Positions 20,929 through 32,501 are shown, counted from the first letter of the stretch. The stretch: 64,000 bases of DNA from Candidatus Poribacteria bacterium (GCA_963663765.2 CAXXUA010000003.1:320001-384000), one strand, 5' to 3'. The notes: generated by a model not told the origin, from the sequence alone. Numbers and translations: made by a program.

Positions 20929-21939
20929 CTATAGTTCACCGCGTTCTGCGATAAAAGCATTAACTTCTGCCATCGTAGGCATAAAGTTAGCACATCCGTG
21001 CCGTGTGACGACAATTGCACCAGTAGCATTACCGAGTCGCGCAGATTTTTTCCAACCCCACTGATTTAACATCCCGTAGATAAAGCCACTTGCAAACGCA
21101 TCTCCTGCCCCCAACGTATTATAGATTTCAACAGGAAAAGGTGGTGCGTGAACGACTTCCTCACTGTTTAAATAAATGTCCGCGCCATCACTGCCACGTT
21201 TTACAACCAACGCTTCCGGTCCTAAATTGAGTATCGTTGCAATGGCAGCTTTCATATCACCTTCAATGTTCGGGTTTGAGATTTGCGAATGTTCTATTGA
21301 CATTTGTGAAATATCTGTGAGGGATGCTGCCTTGATCTCCTCTTCTGTTCCGATAGCAATGTTGACGTTGCGCAACGCAGAACGGATACTCACGCCGTAA
21401 GCACGGGGGTCATGCCACTGGTCAACGCGAAAATCCAAATCCAGAAAAACAAGACATCCCATCACTTGTGCTTGTTCCGCAGCATAGACCGTTGCACTCC
21501 GACTCGGTTCTTTGCTGAGCCCTGTTCCGGATATCAGCACGGCACGGGTTTCCGCAATCGGTGAAGAAGTGACATCATCAATGGTGAGTTCAATGTCTGC
21601 ACAGTTATCACGGTAATAGATGAGTGGAAATTTATCAGGAGGTTCAATCCCAAGAACGACAGCACTTGTACGATGTTCCGGTTTATGTACGATGAATTGG
21701 GTTTCAACACCTTCATCATTCAGAAATTTGAGCAGAAACTCTCCAACAGGATCTTCTCCTATCGCTGTAAGAAGGACAGACCGAAGTCCGAGCCGTCGTG
21801 TACCTACACTGATGTTCGTAGGACACCCTCCAACAAACGCACCAAAACTCGTAATCTCAGGGAATGAACTTCCAATATCATTGGAGTATAGGTCTATGGA
21901 ACTCCGACCTATTGCAAGAATATCATATTTTTTAGTCAT
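20929..21939 (-). CDS. iolC: 5-dehydro-2-deoxygluconokinase (PfkB family)
   Basis: GRSSIDLY, DLDFR, LGAGDAFASG; next to iolD. Confidence 0.9.
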   Translation of the reverse strand: MTKKYDILAIGRSSIDLYSNDIGSSFPEITSFGAFVGGCPTNISVGTRRLGLRSVLLTAIGEDPVGEFLLKFLNDEGVETQFIVHKPEHRTSAVVLGIEPPDKFPLIYYRDNCADIELTIDDVTSSPIAETRAVLISGTGLSKEPSRSATVYAAEQAQVMGCLVFLDLDFRVDQWHDPRAYGVSIRSALRNVNIAIGTEEEIKAASLTDISQMSIEHSQISNPNIEGDMKAAIATILNLGPEALVVKRGSDGADIYLNSEEVVHAPPFPVEIYNTLGAGDAFASGFIYGMLNQWGWKKSARLGNATGAIVVTRHGCANFMPTMAEVNAFIAERGEL

Positions 21940-22416
21940 ATTCAACTATAATTCTCTGACAGACACCAAGTCTAAAAGTAGGGGATTCTTAGCATCTCAA
22001 GGTTGCTTCCTCTGGATTTAAGTCAAGTGACTGATATGCCAGTTAAATTTGACCCTGTGGGGATTCCTATACCGACTATTGGGTGAAAAAGCAACCTTGA
22101 TACTTTAAAATGGTTAACGATGATAACCGAAAAGCGTGACAAAAAAGCAAATTTGGTTATTGACATTGCCCCGCGTTTCTGCTAATGTAATACAAACAAA
22201 AACAAAGGATCTCACACTATGTCAAATAATCTTTAATACTATCTATGTCGTTTTCAATCATTGGAATAGGTATCGGCATATCCATCGTCAACTGGACAAA
22301 CGCGGAGGATAACGCTGATTCCATTGCGGAATATGTAAAAGTTGAAGAGTTGCCACAATACACTAAATAAATAGATTCACCAATAAACGAGGTTGAACCA
22401 ACCATTACCTCTATAA

Positions 22417-24951
22417 ATGATGCGTAACATCCTATTTCTTTTTCTTGCCCAAACCCGATCTTTCTGGCAAGCCAGAGTTACTTTCTCGCGTATTGTATTT
22501 TTCCTCTTTCGATGGATTTTTGAAATAAGAGATTGGATGCGAGATACAAGTACGGCAACGAAATCTTTACTGGACTTATTCTGGGTTATACTTGCTCGTA
22601 TAGTCTTGGCGTTCCTCGTGGTTGCAGGCCTGCAAATCACTAATCCTTCTGTCATCGAATTTATTAAGGAAAAAGGTATTCCTATCTCTACAGGAAGTAA
22701 TTATGGAACGTTAATTACTGCTTTTGTTGGTGCAGGGGGCGTGTTTATAGGTCTTTACTACGCTATCATTAGTACTATAGGCAGCTCTATCTATTCAAAG
22801 ATGCCCAATGACATACGAGACTTGTTGATTAAGGAACAACTCGGTAATGCTTACATGCGATTAATGGCTTGGCTTACCTTTGTTGGCTTATGTTTACTTG
22901 CTTTGCATACTATAGGATTAGAACCTATTATACTGGTAATGCCGCTGCTTTTACCGAGTGCTGGATTGATGATTATTGGATTCGTTCAATTAGGCGCGCG
23001 CGCATTCTATTTATTTGACCCAACAACACTATCTGGTGGTCTCTTGAGACAGGTACAGCAAGGCTATAAGCAGGTAAAAGCAGGCGGTTATCGCTGGTCA
23101 GACCCATCGTTCCAGAAGGGTGCTTATAATAAGGCACAAAATGCTATAAATTCGCTTACTATGATGTCTGAAATGGTAGCTGAAGAAACGCACTTAAAAG
23201 TCCATCCTTTCGCAGGTTTCTGCAGGAATTTGCTGTCATTTCTCACTCGTTATGAAGTTGTAAAAAAATCGATTCCTACTGATAGTTTATGGTACGCTAA
23301 GCAACAAGTCCATCCAGACTGGTATAGGACAGATGACATGGTAACATCTATGGCATATGAGACAGGTTCTGGACTAAGTCCGGATTCCGTAAGCAATACA
23401 AGATGGATTGAATCTGCAGTGTTGCCAATTGTGCAACATTGCTTAGAAATCAACTGTAAAGAAAAACGTTATGTCATCGTCAACGACCTCCTTAGTTCTC
23501 TCAACGCTTATATCCAGAGACTATCAGCAGAACATCAAGTTGAATATGCACTTGACTTGATAAGTAAAGTTTCCTCATGGTGTGAGGAACTTATATTTTC
23601 CGAAACCGATGAGATGATTACAGATGAACCCTTGGAACATATGCAAATTTGTCAAATGTTATCAATGTTGCCAATCAACGCCCTACTTGCATATTCATCC
23701 TCTATCAAAGACTATGACCGGAATAAGATACGCCAGCGCATTCGTCGTATTAAATGGAAATCCAAAAAGTCAATATACAGAATGGGGTTTGGTGTACATA
23801 TTCTACCGAGGTTGGAATGGATGAGATCGTTACTTATATACGAGGAAAGAATTGAACGACAATTAGTCAGCCCACCGTGGTATCTTCAAGAACTAATAAC
23901 ACAACAAGAAGTAGAAAACCTTCAGAATGTTATGATTTGTTTCTTTGAAAAAGCATGTACACTATACAAGCAGTGGATAGAAACATCTACGCAGCATCCA
24001 TGGCTGAAGGGTGTTATTATATCTAAAGAGTTAGAATATTGGATAAAGATTGATTACCACTTGAATATCCTGACACCAATTTGGAATGATTTAAATTCTG
24101 ATCGGCGGATTGAAGACCTCCCTTGGGCAAGTTTGAAAATTGATGAGTTGGAAGAAAAATACCGCCAGCGGGATAAGGAACTGTTAGAACTTATGTCTGA
24201 AGAAAGTGTCCTACTTTCTTTTGTATCAAGGCCAGAGTCGTATCCAGACTATGCAGGACAATTTCTGCACACGGTTGGTGAAGCATTATTCTCTGCTATG
24301 TGTGAGAATGATTGCGATACAGTTGAGACACTCTTCAAACGTTACTTTAAAGGATGCCTACTACAGTATAATAACTTGCGTCCTAATGAAGCAAGAACGG
24401 ACTGGGAAACCTTAAATAATTTAAAAATCGCTGCAGCTCCCATCTTGGATTTGATGGACATTAGTGGCTACGCGTATCTGTTCTCAGACTTACATGAAAC
24501 ACCAGAACTGAAAAACTCAATATTAACGACATGGAATACCCATTTTAGTTCAGAAACTAATCAACAACTTCTCCCATTTCTTGCGGCAGCGGTCGCGCTC
24601 AGCGAAGCTGATTTTGAGATAGGACATCGTAGCACGCTTAGAATTGGATGGAAACGAAACATACAGAGACTGCTTACAAATATAGAACGTGAAGAAGCTG
24701 GATCTGAGACTGGAGTTCCCTTTTTCCTTAATGACATCTACACTGTTCCGGTACATGATAGTCCGCTTGTGAGGGTATTCGCAAAATTCCTTGACATTTT
24801 ATCTTACGATGGAATAGATGTCTTTATCGAAAAATATGTACGCAACCGAGAAGATGGAGAAAACTTAGATTTCGGTAGACCTCAGCATAGAGATCTTAGT
24901 GAAGCAATAAGAAGAGAGGAAGAACGCACTATGGAGTATGAAGAATCATGA
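22417..24951 (+). CDS. Large hypothetical protein, N-terminal multi-TM region (DUF2254-like) plus long helical domain
   Basis: 844-aa ORF with about 4 TM helices in the first 200 aa. Confidence 0.65.
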   Translation: MMRNILFLFLAQTRSFWQARVTFSRIVFFLFRWIFEIRDWMRDTSTATKSLLDLFWVILARIVLAFLVVAGLQITNPSVIEFIKEKGIPISTGSNYGTLITAFVGAGGVFIGLYYAIISTIGSSIYSKMPNDIRDLLIKEQLGNAYMRLMAWLTFVGLCLLALHTIGLEPIILVMPLLLPSAGLMIIGFVQLGARAFYLFDPTTLSGGLLRQVQQGYKQVKAGGYRWSDPSFQKGAYNKAQNAINSLTMMSEMVAEETHLKVHPFAGFCRNLLSFLTRYEVVKKSIPTDSLWYAKQQVHPDWYRTDDMVTSMAYETGSGLSPDSVSNTRWIESAVLPIVQHCLEINCKEKRYVIVNDLLSSLNAYIQRLSAEHQVEYALDLISKVSSWCEELIFSETDEMITDEPLEHMQICQMLSMLPINALLAYSSSIKDYDRNKIRQRIRRIKWKSKKSIYRMGFGVHILPRLEWMRSLLIYEERIERQLVSPPWYLQELITQQEVENLQNVMICFFEKACTLYKQWIETSTQHPWLKGVIISKELEYWIKIDYHLNILTPIWNDLNSDRRIEDLPWASLKIDELEEKYRQRDKELLELMSEESVLLSFVSRPESYPDYAGQFLHTVGEALFSAMCENDCDTVETLFKRYFKGCLLQYNNLRPNEARTDWETLNNLKIAAAPILDLMDISGYAYLFSDLHETPELKNSILTTWNTHFSSETNQQLLPFLAAAVALSEADFEIGHRSTLRIGWKRNIQRLLTNIEREEAGSETGVPFFLNDIYTVPVHDSPLVRVFAKFLDILSYDGIDVFIEKYVRNREDGENLDFGRPQHRDLSEAIRREEERTMEYEES

Positions 24952-25895
24952 AAAATGAAGTCCATGAAACCTTGAGAGAACCGCGTGCTGTAGGACATTT
25001 TCCGAGTCTTAGTAGTTTAGGCGATATTAATCCAAATACGTATATGTTCATAGAAGACGTTTATACTGCAGTAATGCCGCTCCGAGGTAGATTCCCTCAA
25101 ACAGACTATTCCGTAGAGTTACAAGGCAATCCTGACGATAAATCACGGGCAACTGTGATTCTTCAATCACTTACTCGTAGAGGTGCGCACGGCAGTTCTG
25201 AGATGAGTGATTTGTTGAGTGATACAGTAAATAATATTGCCACCATTTTAGCATGGCATGGAAGAGCAGTATATGAGATAATTAGAGGAGAGAATAGTAA
25301 TAAAGCATGGAAATTGTTCAGTTTTACAGATAAGCGATTGATCCGTAGGTTTAGAAAATATATTCAAAAAATTCCTAAGGTAGACCAGAAATTATGGGGA
25401 AAAACCTATGTTGAGATCCCAAAAAAAGATATTTGGAGTATTTCAATACCGAAAGTGTTAGGAGGTCGCCGAGGTTATCGTAAATTGCTTAACAAACTCG
25501 GAAGGTTCTCTCGGTTACTTCCAAAAGTTCTAATGGATGAAATAGAAGAACAGAGGTTAACAACACGTTTCGACACCGGACTATACCGTAGAGAAATTGA
25601 ACTTTATGTAGCGAAAACCACAGCGATCTGGGGTTGGAATATGAGGTTTAGTAGTCTTAGAAATTCAACGGAACTTTATGGAATGTATAGGCTCATAACA
25701 TTGAATTGGGCGAAGGCATGTTTGCGCGAACATATTATCAACGAACTAAACCAATTGTTTCAACGACTACAAATTGAAGTAAAAATTATTGTGGGTGAAC
25801 TCCCCACAGCTCAGGAGATATTGGATACTCGAAAGAAAATGTGTGATGGCACGATCTCATTTAGAGAGGCTGCTGATGCCAGTACAGTAAAATAG
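24948..25895 (+). CDS. Hypothetical basic protein coupled to upstream gene
   Basis: 315-aa ORF, ATGA overlap. Confidence 0.65.
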   Translation: MKNEVHETLREPRAVGHFPSLSSLGDINPNTYMFIEDVYTAVMPLRGRFPQTDYSVELQGNPDDKSRATVILQSLTRRGAHGSSEMSDLLSDTVNNIATILAWHGRAVYEIIRGENSNKAWKLFSFTDKRLIRRFRKYIQKIPKVDQKLWGKTYVEIPKKDIWSISIPKVLGGRRGYRKLLNKLGRFSRLLPKVLMDEIEEQRLTTRFDTGLYRREIELYVAKTTAIWGWNMRFSSLRNSTELYGMYRLITLNWAKACLREHIINELNQLFQRLQIEVKIIVGELPTAQEILDTRKKMCDGTISFREAADASTVK

Positions 25896-25973
25896 TAACA
25901 TTATTGCGTCCTATATAGGTCTGGTAAATAATAATACTGCCTAGTTGACTACCTCTTTGATTGTGTCTTAAAG

Positions 25974-26399
25974 TCAGTGCCACTTAGGCTCTGAATTCTC
26001 CTCAGGATTACGAGGAATGTTCTGCCACTCGGGGACTACATCTTCTGTAGGATCACGAGGAATGCTTCTTACTCTGATATTGGAGTGCACACCGCCACTA
26101 ACTAAATTTGCGAAATATACAAACTTGGTCGTCCAGATATAAAATGGATTAGCTCCCGGTCTTGCAGGCGGACGAACTCTTGTTTCTTGAACGTCTTCCC
26201 AAGATTCACTTTTCTTTTCCATTTCTTCCAGAATACTATTACCATAAAAAGAGAGTGCATCCCCCATAAATTCTGCGTATTCCTGCCTCTCAATCTCCTT
26301 TTCTTTAGTTGTGTCTCTCATATATTCAAGAGCATCTACATATGACGTATCTTTGGATTTTAATACTCTTGCAATCAATCGCCTTAAGAACTTAATCAT
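25974..26399 (-). CDS. Hypothetical protein
   Basis: ORF with AGGA RBS upstream of MIKFLRR. Confidence 0.5.
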   Translation of the reverse strand: MIKFLRRLIARVLKSKDTSYVDALEYMRDTTKEKEIERQEYAEFMGDALSFYGNSILEEMEKKSESWEDVQETRVRPPARPGANPFYIWTTKFVYFANLVSGGVHSNIRVRSIPRDPTEDVVPEWQNIPRNPEENSEPKWH

Positions 26400-26464
26400 A
26401 ATATTATTTCCTATAATTAACTCAAAGTATAATTGTGAAGGACAGAGCATTTTGACACAAACCC

Positions 26465-28456
26465 TTATGCAACATTCCCTCTCTGAATTTGATCAACCAA
26501 TTTTTGTGTCTCTATGACAGCTCTTGGTGGATTTGTCAATTTACTACCGATTGACAAAATACGTATATAATAATCATACGCTGTTTGAAGGTCACCTTTT
26601 AGATGTGCACTTTCAGCCTCATTGAAATAGCAGACTGTAGCAGAAGATTCGCACTTTTCAACTTCCAGAATCAATTGAGCAAATCGATAATTGTCTGCAG
26701 CAAGGATGTAGGATTTACCTGCGTCTTCCCAGGCGCGCTGCAATTCTAATTGCCGCGCAAGATGAACATAATACAAGGCACCATTTCTTGCGTTTTTTCT
26801 TGCAGTACGCACGTTCTTCGACGCAGCAAAAGCAAATCTCGCGCGCGTATAACAATTTGCTACAAGTTCCACCTCATCCATTCTAATGAACTTCTTAGCG
26901 TGTCTATGGTAAAAAGCACCGAGTCTCTTATATTGACTACGACATCGCCGCATATCTTCTTGCTGTGTGAATATTTGAGCTTGTTGATAGATATACGCTG
27001 CCTCTTCTTCATGTGGATATTGAATATCTTCATGAACTTTATCCAACAGGAATTCAGGCGAGGCTTCTTCTAATAAGATACGATAAGTACTTGCTTGTTG
27101 TACTTGGCTTTGTAATAGAGGTGTTGTTCCAATCTGTTCAGGTGAAACATTCTGGTCATACTTTTCTTCTGATATGAAATCTTTTGCTGGTTCAAACTGT
27201 TCTTTAGTTGTCGTTAATTCCTCCAGAAGTAACGTTTTATCCACTTCTGATAACCTTTCAATCAAATCAACGATTTCCTGAACTGTCGGTGGATTTGAAT
27301 GCAGTACAACTAAACACATCTCCTTGAAAAGCGTATCCGCTTGTTGAACAAGTTCCACATCTTGAAAATAGAAGTTATGTGCGTTATGAAGTTCTTGAAG
27401 TGTGCCTTCTAAATCACCGTTACGTGCGAGTTCTATAGCTTCCGTGTAATGTTGTCTAAGCCTAATATTAAGTCTTTCACGATTCTCTTTTTCAGCTTTG
27501 CTCCGCATATCAAAGAAAAGAGATTGGTTGATCTGTTCGGCTATATCAAATTGTAACCGAAATGTTTTCCTGCAGCGTTCAAGTGCACTCGCTAACTCGG
27601 TTGCAGGTGAATTAGCACTCTCTGCTATCAAGACAGATGCTTGCTGTTCATACTGCCAACGTCGGATACGATCCAGTTCATTATACATTTCTTCAGCAGT
27701 TTGATAACGTTTTTCTACATCACGATGGAGGGCTTTCATAGCAAAATTTCGGAATTCTTCTGGACATCTATCAATGTTTTCAATTTCACCAGATGCCTTT
27801 TTTCTATCTATTTCATCAGCTTCACCCGAAAAGGGGAAATATTTTGTCATTGCCTCATAAAGAACCAAACCGGTAGCATACAAGTCTGCTCGATAATCGT
27901 AGGCTCCATAGTTTTGTTCTGGCGCCATATACTTACGAGTTCCTGTCATAGTAACAGCGAATTCTGTAGACTCACTAAAGATACGTGCGATGCTAAAGTC
28001 AGCAATTTTCGCCTCTTTTTTTGAATTGAGCAATATATTTTGGGGTTTGATATCACGGTGCAAAATATGGTGTGCATGAGCAGCTTTCAATCCGTTGCAT
28101 ATATCTATACCAATATTGAGAACATCATTTAGGTTTAAATCCTCTTGTTGCACAAGCTGATGTAAGTTATCTCCTTCAATATATTCCATAACTATCCAAG
28201 CAAGATATTGGTCTTGTCCTGGTTCAACGGTATGTATAGAAACGATGTTGGGATGTCCCCATATATTTGACATGGCTTTTAGCTCGGATTGTAAATAGCG
28301 CATTCTGTCAGCGGGGTAAGCATCCTTGGAGAGTGCTTTGAGCGCAACAATACGATTCGTCATCTCTTCGCGGGCACGAAAAACAGACGAAAAACTGCCT
28401 GAATTCAGGTATTCAAGCAGCCTATATTTACCTAATATCAATTCGTTAATTTTCAT
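26465..28456 (-). CDS. Hanks-type Ser/Thr protein kinase with C-terminal TPR-like helices
   Basis: VALK, HRDIKPQN, DFS(DFG), YMAPE, DLYATG. Confidence 0.9.
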   Translation of the reverse strand: MKINELILGKYRLLEYLNSGSFSSVFRAREEMTNRIVALKALSKDAYPADRMRYLQSELKAMSNIWGHPNIVSIHTVEPGQDQYLAWIVMEYIEGDNLHQLVQQEDLNLNDVLNIGIDICNGLKAAHAHHILHRDIKPQNILLNSKKEAKIADFSIARIFSESTEFAVTMTGTRKYMAPEQNYGAYDYRADLYATGLVLYEAMTKYFPFSGEADEIDRKKASGEIENIDRCPEEFRNFAMKALHRDVEKRYQTAEEMYNELDRIRRWQYEQQASVLIAESANSPATELASALERCRKTFRLQFDIAEQINQSLFFDMRSKAEKENRERLNIRLRQHYTEAIELARNGDLEGTLQELHNAHNFYFQDVELVQQADTLFKEMCLVVLHSNPPTVQEIVDLIERLSEVDKTLLLEELTTTKEQFEPAKDFISEEKYDQNVSPEQIGTTPLLQSQVQQASTYRILLEEASPEFLLDKVHEDIQYPHEEEAAYIYQQAQIFTQQEDMRRCRSQYKRLGAFYHRHAKKFIRMDEVELVANCYTRARFAFAASKNVRTARKNARNGALYYVHLARQLELQRAWEDAGKSYILAADNYRFAQLILEVEKCESSATVCYFNEAESAHLKGDLQTAYDYYIRILSIGSKLTNPPRAVIETQKLVDQIQRGNVA

Positions 28457-28775
28457 AGTAGTATCGCGCTAAATAGCACCTTCAGTATAAAAATATTCCA
28501 ATGTTACACTGTAATGTCTCTTTAAAGAAATTAGCAAAAATGACTTAAACTGTCAACAATTAAAAGGGGTGATAACCACATTTCTTATTAGAATTGGCAA
28601 ATTATAAAACAGAAATTGTATTACATAAGTACAATATCGGGATTTATGCTTAATCTTCAGCTGAGATGCACGTATTTACATCGGAATAAACTCTGTGAAA
28701 TTTACGTATTTGATTAGAATTAATTTTCAGACGATATTAGGGTAATATTGTTTACTCTTTATCAAAAAATTATGA

Positions 28776-29417
28776 TTATCTAACAGATTTGACAACGTCT
28801 ACCAAACTTTTCGCTCTTTTTGTCAGCATATCATAATCCCCAGATTCAATGAGATCACTACTAACCAAGGCACTGCCGACACCAAGTGCAGATGCACCAG
28901 CAGTAAGGAACTCCGCTGCATTTTCAGCATTTATACCACCTGTAGGAATGAGCGGAATTTGAGGTAGGGGTGCTTTTATATCTTTGATGTAGGAGGGACC
29001 AACCCCACTGGAAGGAAACACCTTAACATAATCCGCACCTGTTTCCCAAGCATGTAATATTTCTGTTGGTGTGAACGCCCCAGGTATAACAACCTTGCCA
29101 TACCTATTACAAATTTCTATTATATCTGGCTTAGTAACAGGACAAACAACAAATTCTGCACCCGCGAGCATCGCAACGCGTGCTGTCTCTGAGTCCAGAA
29201 CGGACCCAACACCAATTAAGACCGAACTTCCTAAACGTTTTGACACATCACCAATGGTTTGTAACGCATCAGGGGTAGTCATCGTTATTTCAATAACATC
29301 AACACCGCCAGTTTGTATGGCAACTGCAGCTTCAATCAATTCCTTTGAACTGTTTGCTCGTATAATCGCGACAATACCGCATTCCTCAATACGTTGCATC
29401 TGATCTAATTTTGTCAT
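28776..29417 (-). CDS. eda: KDPG/KHG aldolase
   Basis: AIIR, EITMTTP, GSVLD, TPTEI, KVFP, PTGG. Confidence 0.9.
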   Translation of the reverse strand: MTKLDQMQRIEECGIVAIIRANSSKELIEAAVAIQTGGVDVIEITMTTPDALQTIGDVSKRLGSSVLIGVGSVLDSETARVAMLAGAEFVVCPVTKPDIIEICNRYGKVVIPGAFTPTEILHAWETGADYVKVFPSSGVGPSYIKDIKAPLPQIPLIPTGGINAENAAEFLTAGASALGVGSALVSSDLIESGDYDMLTKRAKSLVDVVKSVR

Positions 29418-29498
29418 AGGCTGTCCCTTATTCTGGTTAGTTTTTACCTGATGATAATTCCATCACCACTTAGTTCGTTGACGTACTTATGTTGTTGT

Positions 29499-29631
29499 CA
29501 TAGGTATTCAATTGTCCGAAATGGACTATTTGTAGGAGGGGTTTGTAAACCCGAGTTCAGAGAATTAGCAAAACAGATCGGAGTTACAAACCCCTCCTAC
29601 AAAGATGTATAATTACAATTGAATGCTTATG
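29499..29631. mobile_element. MITE enclosing a REP-like inverted pair
   Basis: TIR CATAGGTATTCAATTGT / ACAATTGAATGCTTATG; TGTTGTTG on both flanks; inner GTAGGAGGGGTTTGTAA...TTACAAACCCCTCCTAC. Confidence 0.65.
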
Positions 29632-29789
29632 TGTTGTTGGCACTTTTTTGTTGCGTTAAATACTTTAACAAGTTATAATTAGATTTATCGTTCATGTTGT
29701 AATTGAACACGTAATATCAAAAATACACAAAATTGAGGTTTACACCCCGGACGAACATCTCAAAATTTATCGTCCTATATTAAAAAAGA

Positions 29790-31136
29790 ATGGATGTTCC
29801 ACTACTACCTTATCTGATTGTATTGGTAGGTTTACTTTTCCTCTCCGGTTTTTTCTCCGGTTCTGAGACGGCATTGTGTGCACTCACTCGGGTGCAGATA
29901 GAAAAAATACGTCTCAAACGGGGAAGCACGTCGGCAATTGTCAATTTTGTAGACAATCCCCGCCGATTATTTATTACCGTCCTGCTTGGTAACAATTTGG
30001 TTAATGTCACTTTTGCGATACTGATGCTACAACTTGTATCGCAAAGGCTTGAGCAATTTGCTGAACCTATTCAGTTTGTGATTGCTACGGCATTAAGTGT
30101 AATTCTCATGCTTATCTTCGGTGAGATGACACCGAAAACTTTTGCTATTAAGTATGCAGAGTCCTTTGCGAAAATTACATCCCCACCGTTATGGGCATTT
30201 TCCATCTTCATTACCCCGCTACGTGCACTTCTACGCAGAATCATTGATAAGCTTGTACCATTATTTGGCGGACAATCAACGTCTACGGAACAAATCACAA
30301 CAACAGATTTACAGGAATTCTTCAAAACCTTCCCCAAAGAAGTACTGCCTGCAGATGAACGGGAAATCGTAAGTAATATTCTTCAATTGCGAGATATTGA
30401 AGCAAAAGAAATTATGGTACCCAGAACCGAAGTTGTCGCAGTGCCTACTTCAAACACTATCCAAGAAACGGTGAAGCAAGCAAAAGAATCTGGATTTTCA
30501 CGGATACCTGTATTCCGTGACCAGATTGATGAAATTTGCGGTATCTTTTATGTCAAGGATTTTGCACATTGGCGTCATACCGAGATCAATACACTTACAA
30601 TAGACGAATTTCTCAAAAAGCGGGATCAAATCAATCAAGTTTCCGTAGACGCTCCGTTGATACGAGAACCTATTTCGGTTCTTGAAACACGTAAAATCGG
30701 AGTCTTGTTGCTTCAACTCAAACGTGAAAAAACAAAAATCGCAGTGCTTCGAGATGAATACGGGGGCACTTCCGGCATTGTCACCACTGAAGACATCATT
30801 GAACAAGTCGTCGGTGACATTGCAGACGAACATGATAGAAATGATACCCAACCTGAATTTATCAAACACTCTGAAAACCCGTTAGTGCTTGAAACAACAG
30901 GACGTATGAGCATTCGAGAACTGAACCAACAATTTGAACTCAAACTCCAAGAAGATGATGTTGATACTATCGGTGGTTACGCCTTCGGACTTTTCGGACG
31001 AATCCCCTCTGTTGGTGAATCACAAGTTGACGACAACGGCATAGAATTTGAAATTACCGCCACAGAAGGTAACATCATCACAAAATTGTTCCTACGAATC
31101 CCAACATCCGAAACACCTGAAATGGAGATAAAATAA
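29790..31136 (+). CDS. CNNM/CBS/CorC hemolysin-family membrane protein
   Basis: SGSETAL, LLGNNLVN, IFGE.TPK, MVPR, SRIPV, DEYGG, TEDIIE. Confidence 0.9.
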   Translation: MDVPLLPYLIVLVGLLFLSGFFSGSETALCALTRVQIEKIRLKRGSTSAIVNFVDNPRRLFITVLLGNNLVNVTFAILMLQLVSQRLEQFAEPIQFVIATALSVILMLIFGEMTPKTFAIKYAESFAKITSPPLWAFSIFITPLRALLRRIIDKLVPLFGGQSTSTEQITTTDLQEFFKTFPKEVLPADEREIVSNILQLRDIEAKEIMVPRTEVVAVPTSNTIQETVKQAKESGFSRIPVFRDQIDEICGIFYVKDFAHWRHTEINTLTIDEFLKKRDQINQVSVDAPLIREPISVLETRKIGVLLLQLKREKTKIAVLRDEYGGTSGIVTTEDIIEQVVGDIADEHDRNDTQPEFIKHSENPLVLETTGRMSIRELNQQFELKLQEDDVDTIGGYAFGLFGRIPSVGESQVDDNGIEFEITATEGNIITKLFLRIPTSETPEMEIK

Positions 31137-31147
31137 GGATAACCGCA

Positions 31148-32476
31148 TTGAAACCTTTTGTATTATCCCTCATTTTAATCGGTGCCGGTAGTGCAGTCAA
31201 TATCGTAATATTGATCAGTTCACTGGTATTTGCGGTACTTGTTTGTCTTGTTTTATCTGCCTTTTATTCTGGTTCAGAAACAGCACTCGTATCTATAAAT
31301 AAAATTCGACTCAATCAGCTTGTTGAAACTGAGGACAAAAAGGCAAAGATAATTCACCGTATAGTTGAGTCCCCAGATAAGATGCTTGCATTGGCTTTAG
31401 TGGGAACAAATCTCGCTAATGTCCTGATTTCATTATTTGGAGACCGTTTGACTGCAAGTATACTACCTAATCTTTCAGAAAATCTACAAAGTTCAATATC
31501 AATTATATATATCACTGTTGTACTACTTATCTTCGGAGAAATCCTTCCAAAAACAATATTTCGGGTCAAAGCAGATATCCTGGCACACCGTTTCGCTTAT
31601 GCGTTACGGCTATCTGAATATGTCTTAGCTCCCCTTATTGTGTTCGTTCAAACAGTGACGAGATTTCTTCTCTGGATTTTTGATAGGGGTACAAGTCCAC
31701 CTAATCCGGATGCTAAACGTGAAGAACTAAGGTTACTCGCAACAATGGGTGAAAAATCAGGGAGCCTTCTCACAGAACAACGGCGAATGATTCACCGGTT
31801 ACTTAATTTTCAAGACCGTACTGTTCGTCAAGTCATGGTGCCACTTGTTGATATTGTTGCTATTGAAAAAACAATAACCTGTGAAGATTTCTTACAAATT
31901 GCCGCCGATTCCGGTTACTCCAGAATTCCTGTATACGACGAACGTATTTATAACATAGTTGGTATTGTTAACCTGTTAGATGTCATCTATTCAGAAAGTC
32001 TACCTGAAACGGTTGAACCTTTTATCCGTACAAATCTACACGTTGTCCCTGAATCAAAAAATATAAATACACTCCTGAAAGAAATTCAGAATACCCAGCA
32101 TACGATGGTATTTGCTGTTGATGAATACCGTGGTGTCGTAGGACTTGTGACCGTTGAAGACCTGATTGAAGAAATTGTTGGTGAATTTGCTGACGAACGC
32201 GATCACCCAGATTTCATTCAATTAATAGCACCAGAAATTCTTGAATGCGACGGTAGAACCGAAATAAATGTGTTAGAAGAAAATTACGGTTTATCTATTC
32301 CTCACGGAGAAAATTATAAAACAATTGCTGGCTATATTCTTGAACGGACTGGCACAATCCCAGAAACAGGCACGGAATTAGAACTTGGTGATGCTGTTAT
32401 CACCATTTTAGTTGCTGATAAGCGAGCGATACAGAAAATTCGCATTCGACGACGACTCGGAAGATTTAACACCTAA
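31148..32476 (+). CDS. CNNM/CBS/CorC hemolysin-family membrane protein (paralog)
   Basis: SGSETAL, GTNLAN, FGEILPK, YSRIPV, VEDLIEEIVG. Confidence 0.9.
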   Translation: MKPFVLSLILIGAGSAVNIVILISSLVFAVLVCLVLSAFYSGSETALVSINKIRLNQLVETEDKKAKIIHRIVESPDKMLALALVGTNLANVLISLFGDRLTASILPNLSENLQSSISIIYITVVLLIFGEILPKTIFRVKADILAHRFAYALRLSEYVLAPLIVFVQTVTRFLLWIFDRGTSPPNPDAKREELRLLATMGEKSGSLLTEQRRMIHRLLNFQDRTVRQVMVPLVDIVAIEKTITCEDFLQIAADSGYSRIPVYDERIYNIVGIVNLLDVIYSESLPETVEPFIRTNLHVVPESKNINTLLKEIQNTQHTMVFAVDEYRGVVGLVTVEDLIEEIVGEFADERDHPDFIQLIAPEILECDGRTEINVLEENYGLSIPHGENYKTIAGYILERTGTIPETGTELELGDAVITILVADKRAIQKIRIRRRLGRFNT

Positions 32477-32501
32477 CTGTATTTCAGATGGTACATTTTT
32501 A

